Under the pieces are notes generated by a model. It was not told where the DNA came from. It was given only the letters and a program-made list of their open reading frames with translations, and did not search any database. The translations under genes were made by a program, and so were the position numbers. Shown one piece after another: positions 1 through 9,978 of a DNA stretch of 64,000 nucleotides. The stretch comes from Burkholderiales bacterium. Its GTDB lineage: Bacteria; Pseudomonadota; Gammaproteobacteria; Burkholderiales; JAEUOS01. The first letter of the stretch is position 1; the number at the start of each line of letters is the position of its first letter. The stretch lies in NCBI GenBank assembly GCA_947473125.1, contig CANJDH010000015.1, positions 184 through 64,183 on the forward strand. The letters are read 5' to 3'.

Positions 1-385
1 CTCGCGCGGCACGCCGCGCATTGCCAACCGCCTGCTGCGCCGCGTGCGCGATTACGCCGAAGTACGCGCCAACGGCAGCGTCGACAAGGCGATTGCCGAC
101 CTCGCCCTGAAGATGCTCGACGTCGACGCGATCGGCCTCGACATGATGGACCGCAAACTGCTCGCCGCGATCATCGAAAAATTCTCCGGCGGCCCGGTCG
201 GGCTCGACAACGTCGCGGCCGCGATCGGCGAAGAGGCTGACACCATCGAAGACGTGCTCGAGCCCTACCTGATCCAGCAGGGCTACCTGCAGCGCACGCC
301 GCGCGGCCGCGTGGCCACTGCGCTGGCGTATCGGCATTTCGGCATCGTGGCGCCGCAGTCCGGACCGGTGCAGGACCTATTTTAG
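1..385 (+). CDS. ruvB: Holliday junction branch migration helicase RuvB, C-terminal part (5' end outside the window)
   Basis: The frame is open from base 2 ([21 protein letters not shown]...). The product matches the RuvB winged-helix C-terminal domain (LDx[23 protein letters not shown]). Confidence 0.9.
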   Translation, partial: SRGTPRIANRLLRRVRDYAEVRANGSVDKAIADLALKMLDVDAIGLDMMDRKLLAAIIEKFSGGPVGLDNVAAAIGEEADTIEDVLEPYLIQQGYLQRTPRGRVATALAYRHFGIVAPQSGPVQDLF

Positions 386-503
386 GTTTTTCGCACCGCT
401 GTTTCCCGCTGCCGCGAAACCCCCGGGAACCAATGCCTGCCTGGCGCCTCAAAACACCCTGTGACACCGCCTTGTGGCGCTTGCCCTCGGTTAAAATCCT
501 CCC

Positions 504-1181
504 ATGACAGTCACCCAAGACCTTTCGATCCTTTCGCTCATCACTGGCGCCAGCCTGCCGGTGCAAGCGGTGATGACGCTGCTGCTGATCGTCTCGCTGA
601 TGAGCTGGACCTACATCTTTCGCAAGTGGTTCGTGCTCAAGAAGGCGGCACGGCAAACCGAGCAGTTCGAGCGCGACTTCTGGTCGGGAAGCGACCTCAA
701 TGCCCTATATCAGTCCGCTGCCAACGACCGCCACGGCGCCGGCAGCCTTGAGCGCATCTTTGAAGCCGGCATGCGCGAGTATTCAAAATTGAAAGCCTCG
801 CAGCGTGCCGATACCGCAATCCAGCTTGAGGGCGCGCGCCGCGCCATGCGCGCCGCCTATCAGCGCGAGATGGATTTCCTCGAATCGCACCTGGCGTTTC
901 TCGCTTCGGCCGGTTCGGTGTCTCCTTATGTCGGCCTGTTCGGCACCGTGTGGGGCATCATGAATTCGTTCCGCGGCCTCGCCAACGTACAGCAGGCAAC
1001 ACTGGCCAACGTGGCACCGGGTATCGCCGAGGCCCTGGTCGCCACCGCGATCGGCCTGTTCGCGGCGATTCCCGCAGTGGTGGCCTACAACCGCTATTCG
1101 CACGACATCGATCGCCTCGCCAACCGGTTCGAGAGCTTCATCGAGGAGTTCTCGAACATCCTGCAACGGCAGGCGCGCTAG
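504..1181 (+). CDS. tolQ: Tol-Pal system protein TolQ (MotA/ExbB family)
   Basis: 225 aa with three TM segments and a MotA/TolQ/ExbB signature. It is the first gene of a tolQRAB-pal-cpoB series. Confidence 0.93.
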   Translation: MTVTQDLSILSLITGASLPVQAVMTLLLIVSLMSWTYIFRKWFVLKKAARQTEQFERDFWSGSDLNALYQSAANDRHGAGSLERIFEAGMREYSKLKASQRADTAIQLEGARRAMRAAYQREMDFLESHLAFLASAGSVSPYVGLFGTVWGIMNSFRGLANVQQATLANVAPGIAEALVATAIGLFAAIPAVVAYNRYSHDIDRLANRFESFIEEFSNILQRQAR

Positions 1182-1213
1182 CCGTGGCCGGCATGACTTC
1201 CAGAGGCAACGGC

Positions 1214-1630
1214 ATGCGCAGCGGGCGCCGGCGCATGATGAACGAGATCAACGTCGTGCCCTACATCGACGTGATGCTGGTGCTGCTGGTGATTTTCATG
1301 GTGACAGCACCGCTGGTGACGCCGGGGCAGATCGAGCTGCCTTCCGTGGCCAAATCGTCGAACGCGCCGACCCAGCCGATCGAGATCATCATCAACGCTG
1401 ACGGCGGGTTGCGCCTGCGTGAACGCGGCGCGGCACAACTCGACAAGCCGGCCGACCGCGCCGAGATCGTCAAGTATGCAAAAACACGCCAGATGGAAAA
1501 AGCCGATACCCCGATCGTGATCTCGGCCGACAAGAACGTGAAGTACGAGGCCGTTCTCGGCGTGATGGACGAATTGCAGAAGGGCGATGTGAAGCGCATC
1601 GGCCTGTCGGTCAAACCTGCAGGCAAATAG
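1214..1630 (+). CDS. tolR: Tol-Pal system protein TolR (ExbD family)
   Basis: The product has the ExbD/TolR motif NVVPYIDVMLVLLVIFMV. ATG 1214 follows AGAGG; in-frame ATG 1193 is an alternative start. Confidence 0.9.
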   Translation: MRSGRRRMMNEINVVPYIDVMLVLLVIFMVTAPLVTPGQIELPSVAKSSNAPTQPIEIIINADGGLRLRERGAAQLDKPADRAEIVKYAKTRQMEKADTPIVISADKNVKYEAVLGVMDELQKGDVKRIGLSVKPAGK

Positions 1631-1637
1631 CAAACCA

Positions 1638-2372
1638 ATGAGCGCAGCCGCACTCAACCTGCCGTTCTCCCCGGACGCCAATCGCGCCGATTCGATGCGC
1701 TCGTTCGTTCTCGCAGCGCTGGTGCATTGCATGCTGTTCGGCTTCCTCTATTTCGGCATCCGCTGGCAAAGCCAGCCCCCCGCTGCGATTGAAGCGGAGT
1801 TGTGGACGGCGTTGCCGAACGTGACGGTGCCGGCGCCCGCAAAGCCCGAGGAGCCGCGCGTCGAGGTCAAACCTGAACCCAAGCCGGAAATCAGGGAAGA
1901 ACCGAAACTTGTGGCCAAACCCGACATTGCCGAAAAGATCGAAAAGAAAAAGCCGGAGCCGAAAAAGGAAGATCCCAAACCGCGCATCCAGGACGACCCG
2001 ATCAAGCGCGACCTCATGAAAGAGCAGATTGACCGCGACCTGCAGCGCGAAACCACGGCGCAGGCGGCGGCGCGCGATTCTGCATCCCTGGCCGAGCGCA
2101 CGCGCCGGGGTTGGGAAGCGCAGATCGCCGCCAAGGTCCGTTCGCGCGTGCGCCTGCCGGACAACCTCACCGGCAATCCGGAGGCCGTATTCGAGGTGTC
2201 GCTCCTGCCCAACATGGAAATTTTGAGCGTCAAGCTGGTCAAGTCAAGCGGCATTCCCGCCTATGATGAGGCTGCGGAGCGCGCCATCAATGCCTCATCG
2301 CCGCTGCCGCCGCCCCCAGCGGGGGTGGAGCCGGGTCGCGTATTGCGTTTTCCTTTTCGCCCCAAAAACTGA
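1638..2372 (+). CDS. tolA: Tol-Pal system protein TolA
   Basis: The product has an N-terminal TM anchor, a Pro/Glu/Lys-rich spacer (PEPKPEIREEPK...) and a TonB/TolA-like C-terminal domain. It lies between tolR and tolB. Confidence 0.85.
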   Translation: MSAAALNLPFSPDANRADSMRSFVLAALVHCMLFGFLYFGIRWQSQPPAAIEAELWTALPNVTVPAPAKPEEPRVEVKPEPKPEIREEPKLVAKPDIAEKIEKKKPEPKKEDPKPRIQDDPIKRDLMKEQIDRDLQRETTAQAAARDSASLAERTRRGWEAQIAAKVRSRVRLPDNLTGNPEAVFEVSLLPNMEILSVKLVKSSGIPAYDEAAERAINASSPLPPPPAGVEPGRVLRFPFRPKN

Positions 2373-2381
2373 CGAGGCAAG

Positions 2382-3671
2382 ATGAGCTCCCTTCTTTTCC
2401 GTTTTCTGTTGCGCGGCTTGACGGCACTCTGTTTGCCGGTGCTGGCGCTTTCCGCATCGGCCCAAACCACCATCGAGATCATCGGCGGTGGCGCGCAGCA
2501 GTATCCGATCGCGATCACCAACTTTCCTGGCGAGGCGGCACTGCCGCAAGGGATTGCACAGATCGTGCGTGACGACCTCAACCGCAGCGGGCTGTTCAAG
2601 CTGGTCGATGCGTCTAACTTGCCAGTGCCCGCCGAGCCATCCCAAGTGCGTTTTCCGGACTGGAAAGGCCGCAGCGCCGATTTCCTCGCCTTCGGGCGCA
2701 TCCTGCCCGCATCGGACGGCCGGCTGATTACCCGCGTGCATCTGGTGGACGTCGCCAAACAGGTGGAACTGGGCAGTTTCTCGTACACGCTCAACGCGGC
2801 GCAGGCACGTGCCACGGCGCACCGCATTGCAGACGACATTTATGAAAAAGTGACCGGCGAAAAAGGTTTTTTCAATACCAAGATCGCCTATGTGAAAAAG
2901 GCCGGCACGCGCTTTGACCTGATCGTCGCGGACAGCGATGGCCAGAATGAACAATCGGCGCTGACGTCGCGCGAGCCGATCATCTCGCCGCGCTGGTCGC
3001 CCGATGGCGCCAGGCTCGCCTACGTGTCGTTCGAGAACAGAAAGCCGCAAATCTGGGTGCACGAGATTTACACCAGCAAACGCACCCTGGTCGGCAATTT
3101 TCGCGGCAGCAACAGCGCGCCGGCCTGGTCGCCTGACGGCAGCACCCTGGCGATTGCCCTGACACTCTCCGGCGGCACGCAGATCTACGCGATTCCCGCT
3201 ACTGGGGGGGAATCGCGCCGCCTTACCACCTCGGGCGGCATCGACACCGAGCCCTGGTATGCCCCCGACGGCTCGATTTATTTCACCTCGGACCGCGGCG
3301 GCAGCCCGCAGATTTATCGCATGTCGGGGGCGGGCGGCGAGGCCAGGCGCGTCACATTCAAGGGCACCTACAACGTCAGCCCACGGGTCAGCCCGGACGG
3401 CAAGACGCTCGCCTACATCACGCGAAACAACGGCCTGTTCCGGGTTTCCACGCTTGACCTCGCCAATCCAGGCCAGGAACAGATCCTGACCGATACCGAC
3501 AAGGACGAAAGTCCCACATTCGCCCCCAATGGCCGCATGCTGCTGTACGCTACCGAGGTTGGCGGGCGCGGCGTACTGGCTGCAGTGTCCAAGGACGGGC
3601 AAGTCAAGCAACGCATTTCAGTCAGCGCGGCAGATGCACGGGAGCCTGCTTGGGGCCCCTTTAACAAGTAG
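2382..3671 (+). CDS. tolB: Tol-Pal system beta-propeller protein TolB
   Basis: 429 aa with a signal peptide and repeated WD-like SPDG/APDG propeller motifs. Confidence 0.95.
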   Translation: MSSLLFRFLLRGLTALCLPVLALSASAQTTIEIIGGGAQQYPIAITNFPGEAALPQGIAQIVRDDLNRSGLFKLVDASNLPVPAEPSQVRFPDWKGRSADFLAFGRILPASDGRLITRVHLVDVAKQVELGSFSYTLNAAQARATAHRIADDIYEKVTGEKGFFNTKIAYVKKAGTRFDLIVADSDGQNEQSALTSREPIISPRWSPDGARLAYVSFENRKPQIWVHEIYTSKRTLVGNFRGSNSAPAWSPDGSTLAIALTLSGGTQIYAIPATGGESRRLTTSGGIDTEPWYAPDGSIYFTSDRGGSPQIYRMSGAGGEARRVTFKGTYNVSPRVSPDGKTLAYITRNNGLFRVSTLDLANPGQEQILTDTDKDESPTFAPNGRMLLYATEVGGRGVLAAVSKDGQVKQRISVSAADAREPAWGPFNK

Positions 3672-3719
3672 TACAGGTCAGCACCCATAACAACATTACT
3701 CACCAAACCGGAGAACGCC

Positions 3720-4241
3720 ATGAAAATTCAGCTCGCTCTTGCAGTCGCCGCCCTGGCACTTGCCGCGTGTTCGTCCACGCCGACCCAGCCGGCCGCTGAA
3801 ATCAAGGAAGCCGGCGCAAACCCGCCGGCAACGCAAGTGGCGCCTCCGGCAGCAACCCCCGGCGCGATCCCGAATGTGAACCCGGCGGCAGTGGAAACCT
3901 TCAACCCGCTCAAGGAATTCAGCGTCTATTTTGAAGTTGACAAGTACGACGTCGCCGACACGCAAATATCGGTGGTACGCGGGCATGCCAATTATTTGCA
4001 GAAGAATCCGTCCAAGCGGGCCTCCGTGCAGGGCAATACCGACGAGCGCGGCAGTCGTGAATACAACCTTTCGCTGGGGCAAAAGCGCGCTGAAGGGGTG
4101 AAAAAACTGCTGGTCACGATGGGCGCCAAGGATGCCCAGATTGAAGCTGTCAGCTTCGGTGAGGAAAAGCCCAAGGCGCCGGGACACGACGAAGCTGCGT
4201 GGGCGCAAAACCGCCGTAGCGACATTACCTATGCCCCATAA
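3720..4241 (+). CDS. pal: Peptidoglycan-associated lipoprotein Pal (OmpA-like)
   Basis: The product has the lipobox LALAAC and an OmpA C-terminal domain (NTDERGSREYNLSLGQKRA...NRR). Confidence 0.93.
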   Translation: MKIQLALAVAALALAACSSTPTQPAAEIKEAGANPPATQVAPPAATPGAIPNVNPAAVETFNPLKEFSVYFEVDKYDVADTQISVVRGHANYLQKNPSKRASVQGNTDERGSREYNLSLGQKRAEGVKKLLVTMGAKDAQIEAVSFGEEKPKAPGHDEAAWAQNRRSDITYAP

Positions 4242-4259
4242 AACAGTAAAATCTGCCGC

Positions 4260-5054
4260 ATGAACACCATCAAAATCGCCACCATGTCCTCAAGAACCGC
4301 TCTGGGAGCGGTTCTTGGCGTGATGCTTGTTGCGGCGCTGCCGGCCCACGCGCAGCTGTTCAAGGACGAAGAGCATTACAAACGCACCGGCCAGCTTGAG
4401 GCCCAGCGCATCGCCGACCAGAAGCGCACGGACCAGATCGAAGCGCGGGTGGATGCGCGCGCCGAGCAGCAGGGCAAGGTGCTGATCGAATTGACGCAAC
4501 AGATCGAAGCCCTCAAAGGCGAGATCGCCAAATTGCGCGGCCAGATTGAAGTGCTGTCGAACGACATCGAGAACGCGCAAAAGCGCCAGAAGGATTTTTA
4601 CACCGACCTCGATGTCCGCCTGCGCAAGGTCGAACCGCCGCCGCCGCCGACCCCGGGCCAGCCGCCCAAGCCGCCGACGCCGGAAGAACAGAAAGTCTAT
4701 GAGGCCGGCTTGAACCTGGTCAAGATCAGCAATTTCAAGGGTGCGATCGATGCGTTCGGCGCCTTCCTGCGGACCCATCCGAACAGCCAGCTGGCCCCAT
4801 CGGCGCAATACTGGATCGGCAATTCACAATTCGCGCTACGCGACTACAAGGCCGCCATCGCCGCGCAGCAGCGCGTCATCGAATTATGGCCGGACGATGC
4901 GAAAGCGCCCGATGCCCTGCTCAACATTTCGTCAGCGCACACGGAAATGAAGGATGTCAAGTCGGCCCGCGCCACGATTGACGAGCTGATCAAGCGCTAT
5001 CCGCAGAGCGACGCCACCAAGACCGGCGCCGAACGTATCAAGCGCCTGCGCTGA
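4260..5054 (+). CDS. cpoB: Cell division coordinator CpoB (YbgF), coiled coil plus TPR
   Basis: The product has a signal peptide, a coiled-coil N-terminus and a C-terminal TPR domain. It is the last gene of the tol-pal cluster. Confidence 0.88.
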   Translation: MNTIKIATMSSRTALGAVLGVMLVAALPAHAQLFKDEEHYKRTGQLEAQRIADQKRTDQIEARVDARAEQQGKVLIELTQQIEALKGEIAKLRGQIEVLSNDIENAQKRQKDFYTDLDVRLRKVEPPPPPTPGQPPKPPTPEEQKVYEAGLNLVKISNFKGAIDAFGAFLRTHPNSQLAPSAQYWIGNSQFALRDYKAAIAAQQRVIELWPDDAKAPDALLNISSAHTEMKDVKSARATIDELIKRYPQSDATKTGAERIKRLR

Positions 5055-5061
5055 AGCGGGC

Positions 5062-5736
5062 ATGCGGCCCGCAGTCATCCTGCTCTCCGGAGGCCTCGAT
5101 TCGGCCACGGTTCTGGCCATTGCGCGCGAACAGGGATATGCCTGCCATACCCTTTCGCTTGATTACGGCCAGCGCCACCGCAGCGAACTTGACGCGGCGG
5201 CAGTGCTATCGCGATCGCTCGGCGCGGCATCCCACAGCATCGTCAAACTCGACCTGACCCTGTTCGGCGGTTCGGCACTGACAGACACGGCGATTGCGAT
5301 CCCTACATCCGGTGCCACGGCTGGCATTCCTGTCACCTACGTCCCGGCACGCAACACCATCATGCTGTCGCTGGCACTCGCCAAGGCGGAAACGCTTGGC
5401 TGCAACGACATTTTTTTCGGCGCCAACGCGGTCGATTACTCCGGCTATCCTGACTGCCGGCCCGAATACGTTGCCGCCTACCAGGCGATGGCGAATCGCG
5501 CCACCAAGGCAGCCGTCGAGGGCGCGCACCTGACCATCCACACCCCGATCATCATGCTCTCGAAAGCGGACATCATCCGCCGCGGCGCAGCCCTCGGCGT
5601 TGACTTTGCGCGCACCGTGTCGTGCTACCAGGCAGACGCGGCAGGCCAGGCTTGCGGCGCATGCGATTCCTGCCGGATCCGCCGCGATGGTTTCGAAGCA
5701 GCAGGTATTCCCGACCCGACGCGCTACCGGCGCTGA
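5062..5736 (+). CDS. queC: 7-cyano-7-deazaguanine synthase QueC
   Basis: The product has the SGGLDS PP-loop and a C-terminal Cys cluster ([17 protein letters not shown]). Confidence 0.93.
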   Translation: MRPAVILLSGGLDSATVLAIAREQGYACHTLSLDYGQRHRSELDAAAVLSRSLGAASHSIVKLDLTLFGGSALTDTAIAIPTSGATAGIPVTYVPARNTIMLSLALAKAETLGCNDIFFGANAVDYSGYPDCRPEYVAAYQAMANRATKAAVEGAHLTIHTPIIMLSKADIIRRGAALGVDFARTVSCYQADAAGQACGACDSCRIRRDGFEAAGIPDPTRYRR

Positions 5737-5819
5737 TCTGCGGCTAGAATGCCGCGTCCGAACCCTGCCGCCGGTAGCCTGCGCAAGCCGTTGCGCGGCT
5801 ATCTGCCACAACCACCCAC

Positions 5820-6935
5820 ATGAACGATTCCGACATAGCCTCTCTCAGCCTCACCGTCGTGTGGGGCGCCTTTGCCCTCGCCTTCGTGTTTGGCTTCGTC
5901 GCGCAACGCTCCAACTTCTGCACCATGGGCGCGGTCTCCGACATCGTCAACATGGGAGACTGGACGCGCATGCGCATGTGGATCACTGCGGTGGCCGTCG
6001 CCATCCTCGGCGCCAACGGCATGGCCTATCTGGGCATCATTGACCTCTCGAAATCGATCTATCAGACGCCCAATTTCAACTGGCTCTCGTATCTGGTCGG
6101 CGGCCTGTGTTTCGGCTTCGGCATGACGCTCGCCTCCGGCTGCGGCAGCAAAACCCTGCTGCGCATCGGCAGCGGCAGCCTCAAGTCGGTCGTCGTGTTT
6201 CTGGTGTTGGGCATCGCCGCCTACATGACTCTCAAGGGCCTGTTCGGTGTGTTTCGCGTAGCGATGCTAGACCCGGTTCGCATCACGATGGCGGGCACCC
6301 AGGACCTGCCATCGCTGCTGGCGCGTGCCGGGCTCGCCGACAAAAAGACCCTGCAACTGCTGCTCGGTGCGGGATTCGGCGGTGGCCTCCTGGTGTTTGC
6401 CTTGAAGCAGCGCGAATTCCGCACAGCGGAGAATCTGGTGCCCGGCCTGGTCATCGGCCTCGTGATCGCCGGAGGCTGGTACTTGTCCGGCAAGGTCGGC
6501 TACCTGCCGGAGCACCCAAAGACGCTGGAAGAAGCGTTCCTCGCCACCAACAGCGGACGGATGGAATCACTGTCCTACGTATCGCCGATTGCCTACACCC
6601 TCGAATGGCTCATGTTCTGGAGCGACACCAGCAAGGTGGCCACTTTCGGGATTGCCTCCGTGTTCGGGCTGGTGCTCGGATCTTTCGTGTACTCGGTCGC
6701 CACCAAAACGTTTCGCTGGGAAGGCTTCCGCGATTCGGAAGACACCGCCAATCACCTGGTGGGCGGCGCCCTGATGGGCTTCGGCGGCGTGACCGCGCTC
6801 GGCTGTACGGTGGGCCAGGGGCTTACCGGAATTTCAACGCTGGCGCTGGGCTCGTTCCTCGTTCTGGGCGCCATTATTGCCGGTTCGTGGGCCGCGTTCA
6901 AATACCAGATCTGGCGTCTCGAGAAAATTGCCTGA
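5820..6935 (+). CDS. YeeE/YedE family inner-membrane protein (putative sulfur-compound transporter)
   Basis: 371 aa and polytopic. It carries the two characteristic Cys motifs SGCGSKT and LGCTVGQG. Confidence 0.8.
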   Translation: MNDSDIASLSLTVVWGAFALAFVFGFVAQRSNFCTMGAVSDIVNMGDWTRMRMWITAVAVAILGANGMAYLGIIDLSKSIYQTPNFNWLSYLVGGLCFGFGMTLASGCGSKTLLRIGSGSLKSVVVFLVLGIAAYMTLKGLFGVFRVAMLDPVRITMAGTQDLPSLLARAGLADKKTLQLLLGAGFGGGLLVFALKQREFRTAENLVPGLVIGLVIAGGWYLSGKVGYLPEHPKTLEEAFLATNSGRMESLSYVSPIAYTLEWLMFWSDTSKVATFGIASVFGLVLGSFVYSVATKTFRWEGFRDSEDTANHLVGGALMGFGGVTALGCTVGQGLTGISTLALGSFLVLGAIIAGSWAAFKYQIWRLEKIA

Positions 6936-6971
6936 TTCCGAGAATGGAATGCGGTTTTTCATTCGTCTGCA

Positions 6972-7001
6972 TTGACCCGGGCTCGCCAAGTACGCTATAA
7001 T
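6972..7001 (+). promoter_or_regulatory. Sigma-70-like promoter for tRNA-Lys
   Basis: TTGACC (6972-6977), an 18-nt spacer and TATAAT (6996-7001). The -10 element ends 12 nt before the tRNA 5' end. Confidence 0.5.
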
Positions 7002-7013
7002 CTTTGGCTCTAT

Positions 7014-7089
7014 GGGTCGTTAGCTCAGCTGGTAGAGCAGCGGACTTTTAATCCGTTGGTCGACAGTTCGAATCTGTCACGGCCTACCA
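7014..7089 (+). tRNA. tRNA-Lys (anticodon UUU)
   Basis: A cloverleaf folds by hand. The acceptor stem is GGGTCGT/ACGGCCT, the anticodon loop is CTTTTAA, the T-arm is GTTCGAATC and the 3' CCA is encoded. Confidence 0.95.
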
Positions 7090-7120
7090 AAGTTTCAAGA
7101 ATCGTTTCAAGAATCAATCT

Positions 7121-7155
7121 CAAGGGGTTAGCTTCGGCTAGCCCCTTGTTATTTG
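7121..7155 (+). terminator. Rho-independent terminator after tRNA-Lys
   Basis: Hairpin CAAGGGGTTAGC-TTCG-GCTAGCCCCTTG followed by TTATTTG. Confidence 0.6.
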
Positions 7156-7234
7156 TGCACCGTCCGCCAATCGGCGCAGGAATACGCGCATTGATGGTAG
7201 ATTTGCAGGCTAGCCACCAACACAGGAATTTAGC

Positions 7235-8287
7235 GTGCAAACCTACGATGTCACCGAGTGGGGCAAGCCCCTGCAGCTCGCAGTCAAGGAAACGCCGGTA
7301 CCCCAAGGTACCGAAGTGCTGATCAAGCTCAAGTACTGCGGCGTGTGCCACAGCGACGTGCACATCCGCGACGGCTACTTTGATCTGGGCGGGGGCAAGA
7401 GGTTTTACATGAGCGAACGCGGCATGAAGCCGCCGGTCACGCTTGGCCACGAGCCTTACGGCACCGTCGTCAGCGCCGGGCCGGACGCGGGTGACGTGCC
7501 GGTCGGGCAGGATCGCCTGGTATTCCCCTGGACCGGCTGCGGCACCTGCGCACGCTGCCTCGAGGGCAAGGACAACTGGTGCGCGGCACCGCGCTTCATC
7601 GGCATCCAGCGCGCCGGTGGCTATGGCGAGTATCTTCTGGTACCGCATCCGCGCTATCTGGTGGACGCCACCGGCGTGGACCCGGCCTATGCGCCGATTC
7701 TGGCGTGCTCCGGCCTGACAACGTATAGCGCGATCAATAAACTCAAACCTTTCAGCAAGGACGGCTGGACCGTCATCATGGGTGCGGGCGGCCTCGGGTT
7801 GATGGCGGTGGCGATGCTGCGCGCAATGGGGGAGACGCGTATCGTGTGCTGCGACATTGACGCGTCCAAACTCGGCCCGGCCAAGGAGGCCGGTGCGGCA
7901 GAGGTGATGAATCCGGCCGACGCCGACAGCCTCGCCAAACTACAGGCGCTGCCTGGCGGTGTCGCCGGTGTGGTCGACCTGGTCGGGGCGGCGCAAACCG
8001 CGCAACTCGGCCTGGCGGCATTGCGCAAAGGTGGCCGCTATGTCGTGGTCGGATTGTTCGGCGGCGAAATTCCGGTGTCGCTGGTGCCGATGGCGCAGCG
8101 TGCCATCACCTTGCAAGGCTCCTACGTCGGTGATGTGCAGGAGTTGCGTGAAGTGGTCGCCCTGGCGCAGTCGGGCAAGTTAAAACCGATCCCGGTCGAA
8201 ACGCGCCCTGCCAGCGAGATCTCGCGCACGCTCGATGAACTCAAGGCCGGCACGGTGATCGGGCGCGTGGTCGCCGCGATGGCCTGA
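7235..8287 (+). CDS. Zinc-dependent alcohol dehydrogenase family oxidoreductase
   Basis: The product has the GVCHSD zinc motif, the GxGGLG Rossmann motif and a structural-zinc Cys cluster (CGTCARCLEGKDNWC). The start codon is GTG. Confidence 0.85.
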   Translation: MQTYDVTEWGKPLQLAVKETPVPQGTEVLIKLKYCGVCHSDVHIRDGYFDLGGGKRFYMSERGMKPPVTLGHEPYGTVVSAGPDAGDVPVGQDRLVFPWTGCGTCARCLEGKDNWCAAPRFIGIQRAGGYGEYLLVPHPRYLVDATGVDPAYAPILACSGLTTYSAINKLKPFSKDGWTVIMGAGGLGLMAVAMLRAMGETRIVCCDIDASKLGPAKEAGAAEVMNPADADSLAKLQALPGGVAGVVDLVGAAQTAQLGLAALRKGGRYVVVGLFGGEIPVSLVPMAQRAITLQGSYVGDVQELREVVALAQSGKLKPIPVETRPASEISRTLDELKAGTVIGRVVAAMA

Positions 8288-8348
8288 TGGCCACCCTACA
8301 AAACTAGGTCGGAACGCTCCGGACCCCAACGCACTTCGAAAGCACAGC

Positions 8349-9953
8349 ATGGCAAATCCTACTCGCGGCACGCGCGGCATGGCCGTTGCGCCGCATTCAT
8401 TGGCATCCCAATCAGCCCTCGCGGTGTTGCGCGAAGGCGGCAACGCGGTGGAGGCCATGATCGCCGCCACCGCCACCATTGCGGTGGTGTACCCGCACAT
8501 GAACGGCATCGGTGGCGACAGTTTCTGGCTGGTGCGCTCTGCCAAATACGGCGTGATCGGCATCGATGCCTGCGGCGCGGCCGCGGCAAAAGCGTCGCGT
8601 GCCGACTATGCAGGTAAAGCCGCCATCCCGTTTCGCGGCCCGACAGCGGCGATCACCGTCGCCGGCACCATGTCGGGATGGGATGCCGCACACCGCACAT
8701 CGCACGACAAGCTGGCTGGCCGCCTGCCGTTGTCGCGGCTCCTGGAGGATGCGATTCACTACGCCTCGCAAGGCATCGCGGTTACCGCCTCGCAGCACCT
8801 GAACACGTCGAAGAAATACGACGAACTCAAGGACGTGCATGGTTTCGCCGGTGCTTTCCTGCCCAACGGCAAGGCGCCCGAGACCGGTTCCGTATTCAAA
8901 CAGCCACGCATGGCTGCCACCCTGAAATCCTTGGTGGGAGCGGGCCTTGGCGATTTTTACTCGGGCGCGATGGCGCGTGCCATCGCGCACGATCTGCAGG
9001 TCGCCGGCAGCCCGGTGTCCCTGGCCGACTTGCAGAAGCACCAGGGGCTGATCCGTACGCCGCTGCAACTGAAACATTCGCTGGGCATGCTCTACAACAT
9101 GCCACCGCCGACGCAGGGGTTGATCAGCCTGATGATCCTCGGGCAGATGGACCGCATGGGAGTGGGCCGCTACGACCACCTTTCGGCCGATTTTGTGCAT
9201 GCCGCTGTCGAGGCGACCAAGCGCGCGTTCCTGGTACGCGACAAATACATCACCGACCCGGCGGCGATGGCGCAGAACGGCGCGCCGGATGCGCAGTCCT
9301 TCCTCGACGCCACCAACCTCGATGCCAATGTCGCGAAAATCGACATGGCCAAGGCCGCGCCCTGGGGTGCCGGCCGTGGCCCGGCTGACACCATCTGGAT
9401 GGGCGCGATCGACGCCGACGGCAACGCGTGCTCGATCATCCAGTCGATTTATCACGAGTTCGGTTCCGGTGTGGTGCTCGGAGAAACCGGAATCAACTGG
9501 CAGAACCGGGGCGCGTCGTTCTCGCTTGATCCGAAACACATCAATACGCTCGAGCCGGGCAAGAAGCCATTCCACACCCTCAACCCGGCGATGGCGCTGT
9601 TCGATGACGGCCGTGTGATGGTCTACGGCAACATGGGGGGCGACGGCCAGCCGCAGAGCCAGTCGGCGGTGTTCACGCGCGCGGCGATGATGGGATTGAA
9701 TCCGCAGGACGCGGTGGCCGCGCCACGCTGGCTGCTCGGGCGCACCTGGGGCCAGACGTCGGACACCCTGAAACTGGAAGGGCGCTTTCCAGCCGCAACC
9801 GTGGAGGAATTGAAACGACGCGGCCATGACGTCGAGATGTATCCTGATTTTGATGAAACACTGGGCCATGCCGGCTGCGTGATTCGCCATGCCAACGGCA
9901 ATTTTGAAGGCGGGTTCGATCCGCGCTCCGACGGCGGTGTTGCCGCCTGGTAA
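8349..9953 (+). CDS. Gamma-glutamyltransferase family protein
   Basis: 534 aa with a GGT-like pattern, including the autoprocessing region DTIWMGAIDADGN and the GGDGQPQ motif. Confidence 0.88.
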   Translation: MANPTRGTRGMAVAPHSLASQSALAVLREGGNAVEAMIAATATIAVVYPHMNGIGGDSFWLVRSAKYGVIGIDACGAAAAKASRADYAGKAAIPFRGPTAAITVAGTMSGWDAAHRTSHDKLAGRLPLSRLLEDAIHYASQGIAVTASQHLNTSKKYDELKDVHGFAGAFLPNGKAPETGSVFKQPRMAATLKSLVGAGLGDFYSGAMARAIAHDLQVAGSPVSLADLQKHQGLIRTPLQLKHSLGMLYNMPPPTQGLISLMILGQMDRMGVGRYDHLSADFVHAAVEATKRAFLVRDKYITDPAAMAQNGAPDAQSFLDATNLDANVAKIDMAKAAPWGAGRGPADTIWMGAIDADGNACSIIQSIYHEFGSGVVLGETGINWQNRGASFSLDPKHINTLEPGKKPFHTLNPAMALFDDGRVMVYGNMGGDGQPQSQSAVFTRAAMMGLNPQDAVAAPRWLLGRTWGQTSDTLKLEGRFPAATVEELKRRGHDVEMYPDFDETLGHAGCVIRHANGNFEGGFDPRSDGGVAAW

Positions 9954-9978
9954 CCGACATCCACATCTTGCCCGCACG

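Noticed and set aside
385-504. No ybgC thioesterase gene between ruvB and tolQ, although ybgC often heads tol-pal clusters.
   Set aside because: ybgC is not universally linked to tolQ. The 118-bp gap is an ordinary intergenic region, and this was judged not noteworthy.
2295-3611. 438-aa minus-strand ORF opposite tolB. Similar long antisense or alternate-frame ORFs occur at 8412-9977, 10357-11346, 11584-12573, 36236-37357, 39205-40353, 48041-49828 and 53427-54581.
   Set aside because: All lie antisense to genes with clear family signatures. They are Arg/Gly/Ala/Pro-rich with no recognisable motifs, the usual stop-poor antisense frames of GC-rich DNA.
6107-7000. 297-aa plus-strand ORF overlapping the YeeE/YedE gene in another frame.
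   Set aside because: It is Arg/Pro/Gly-rich and low in complexity, with no motifs. The overlapping frame encodes a well-formed polytopic membrane protein.
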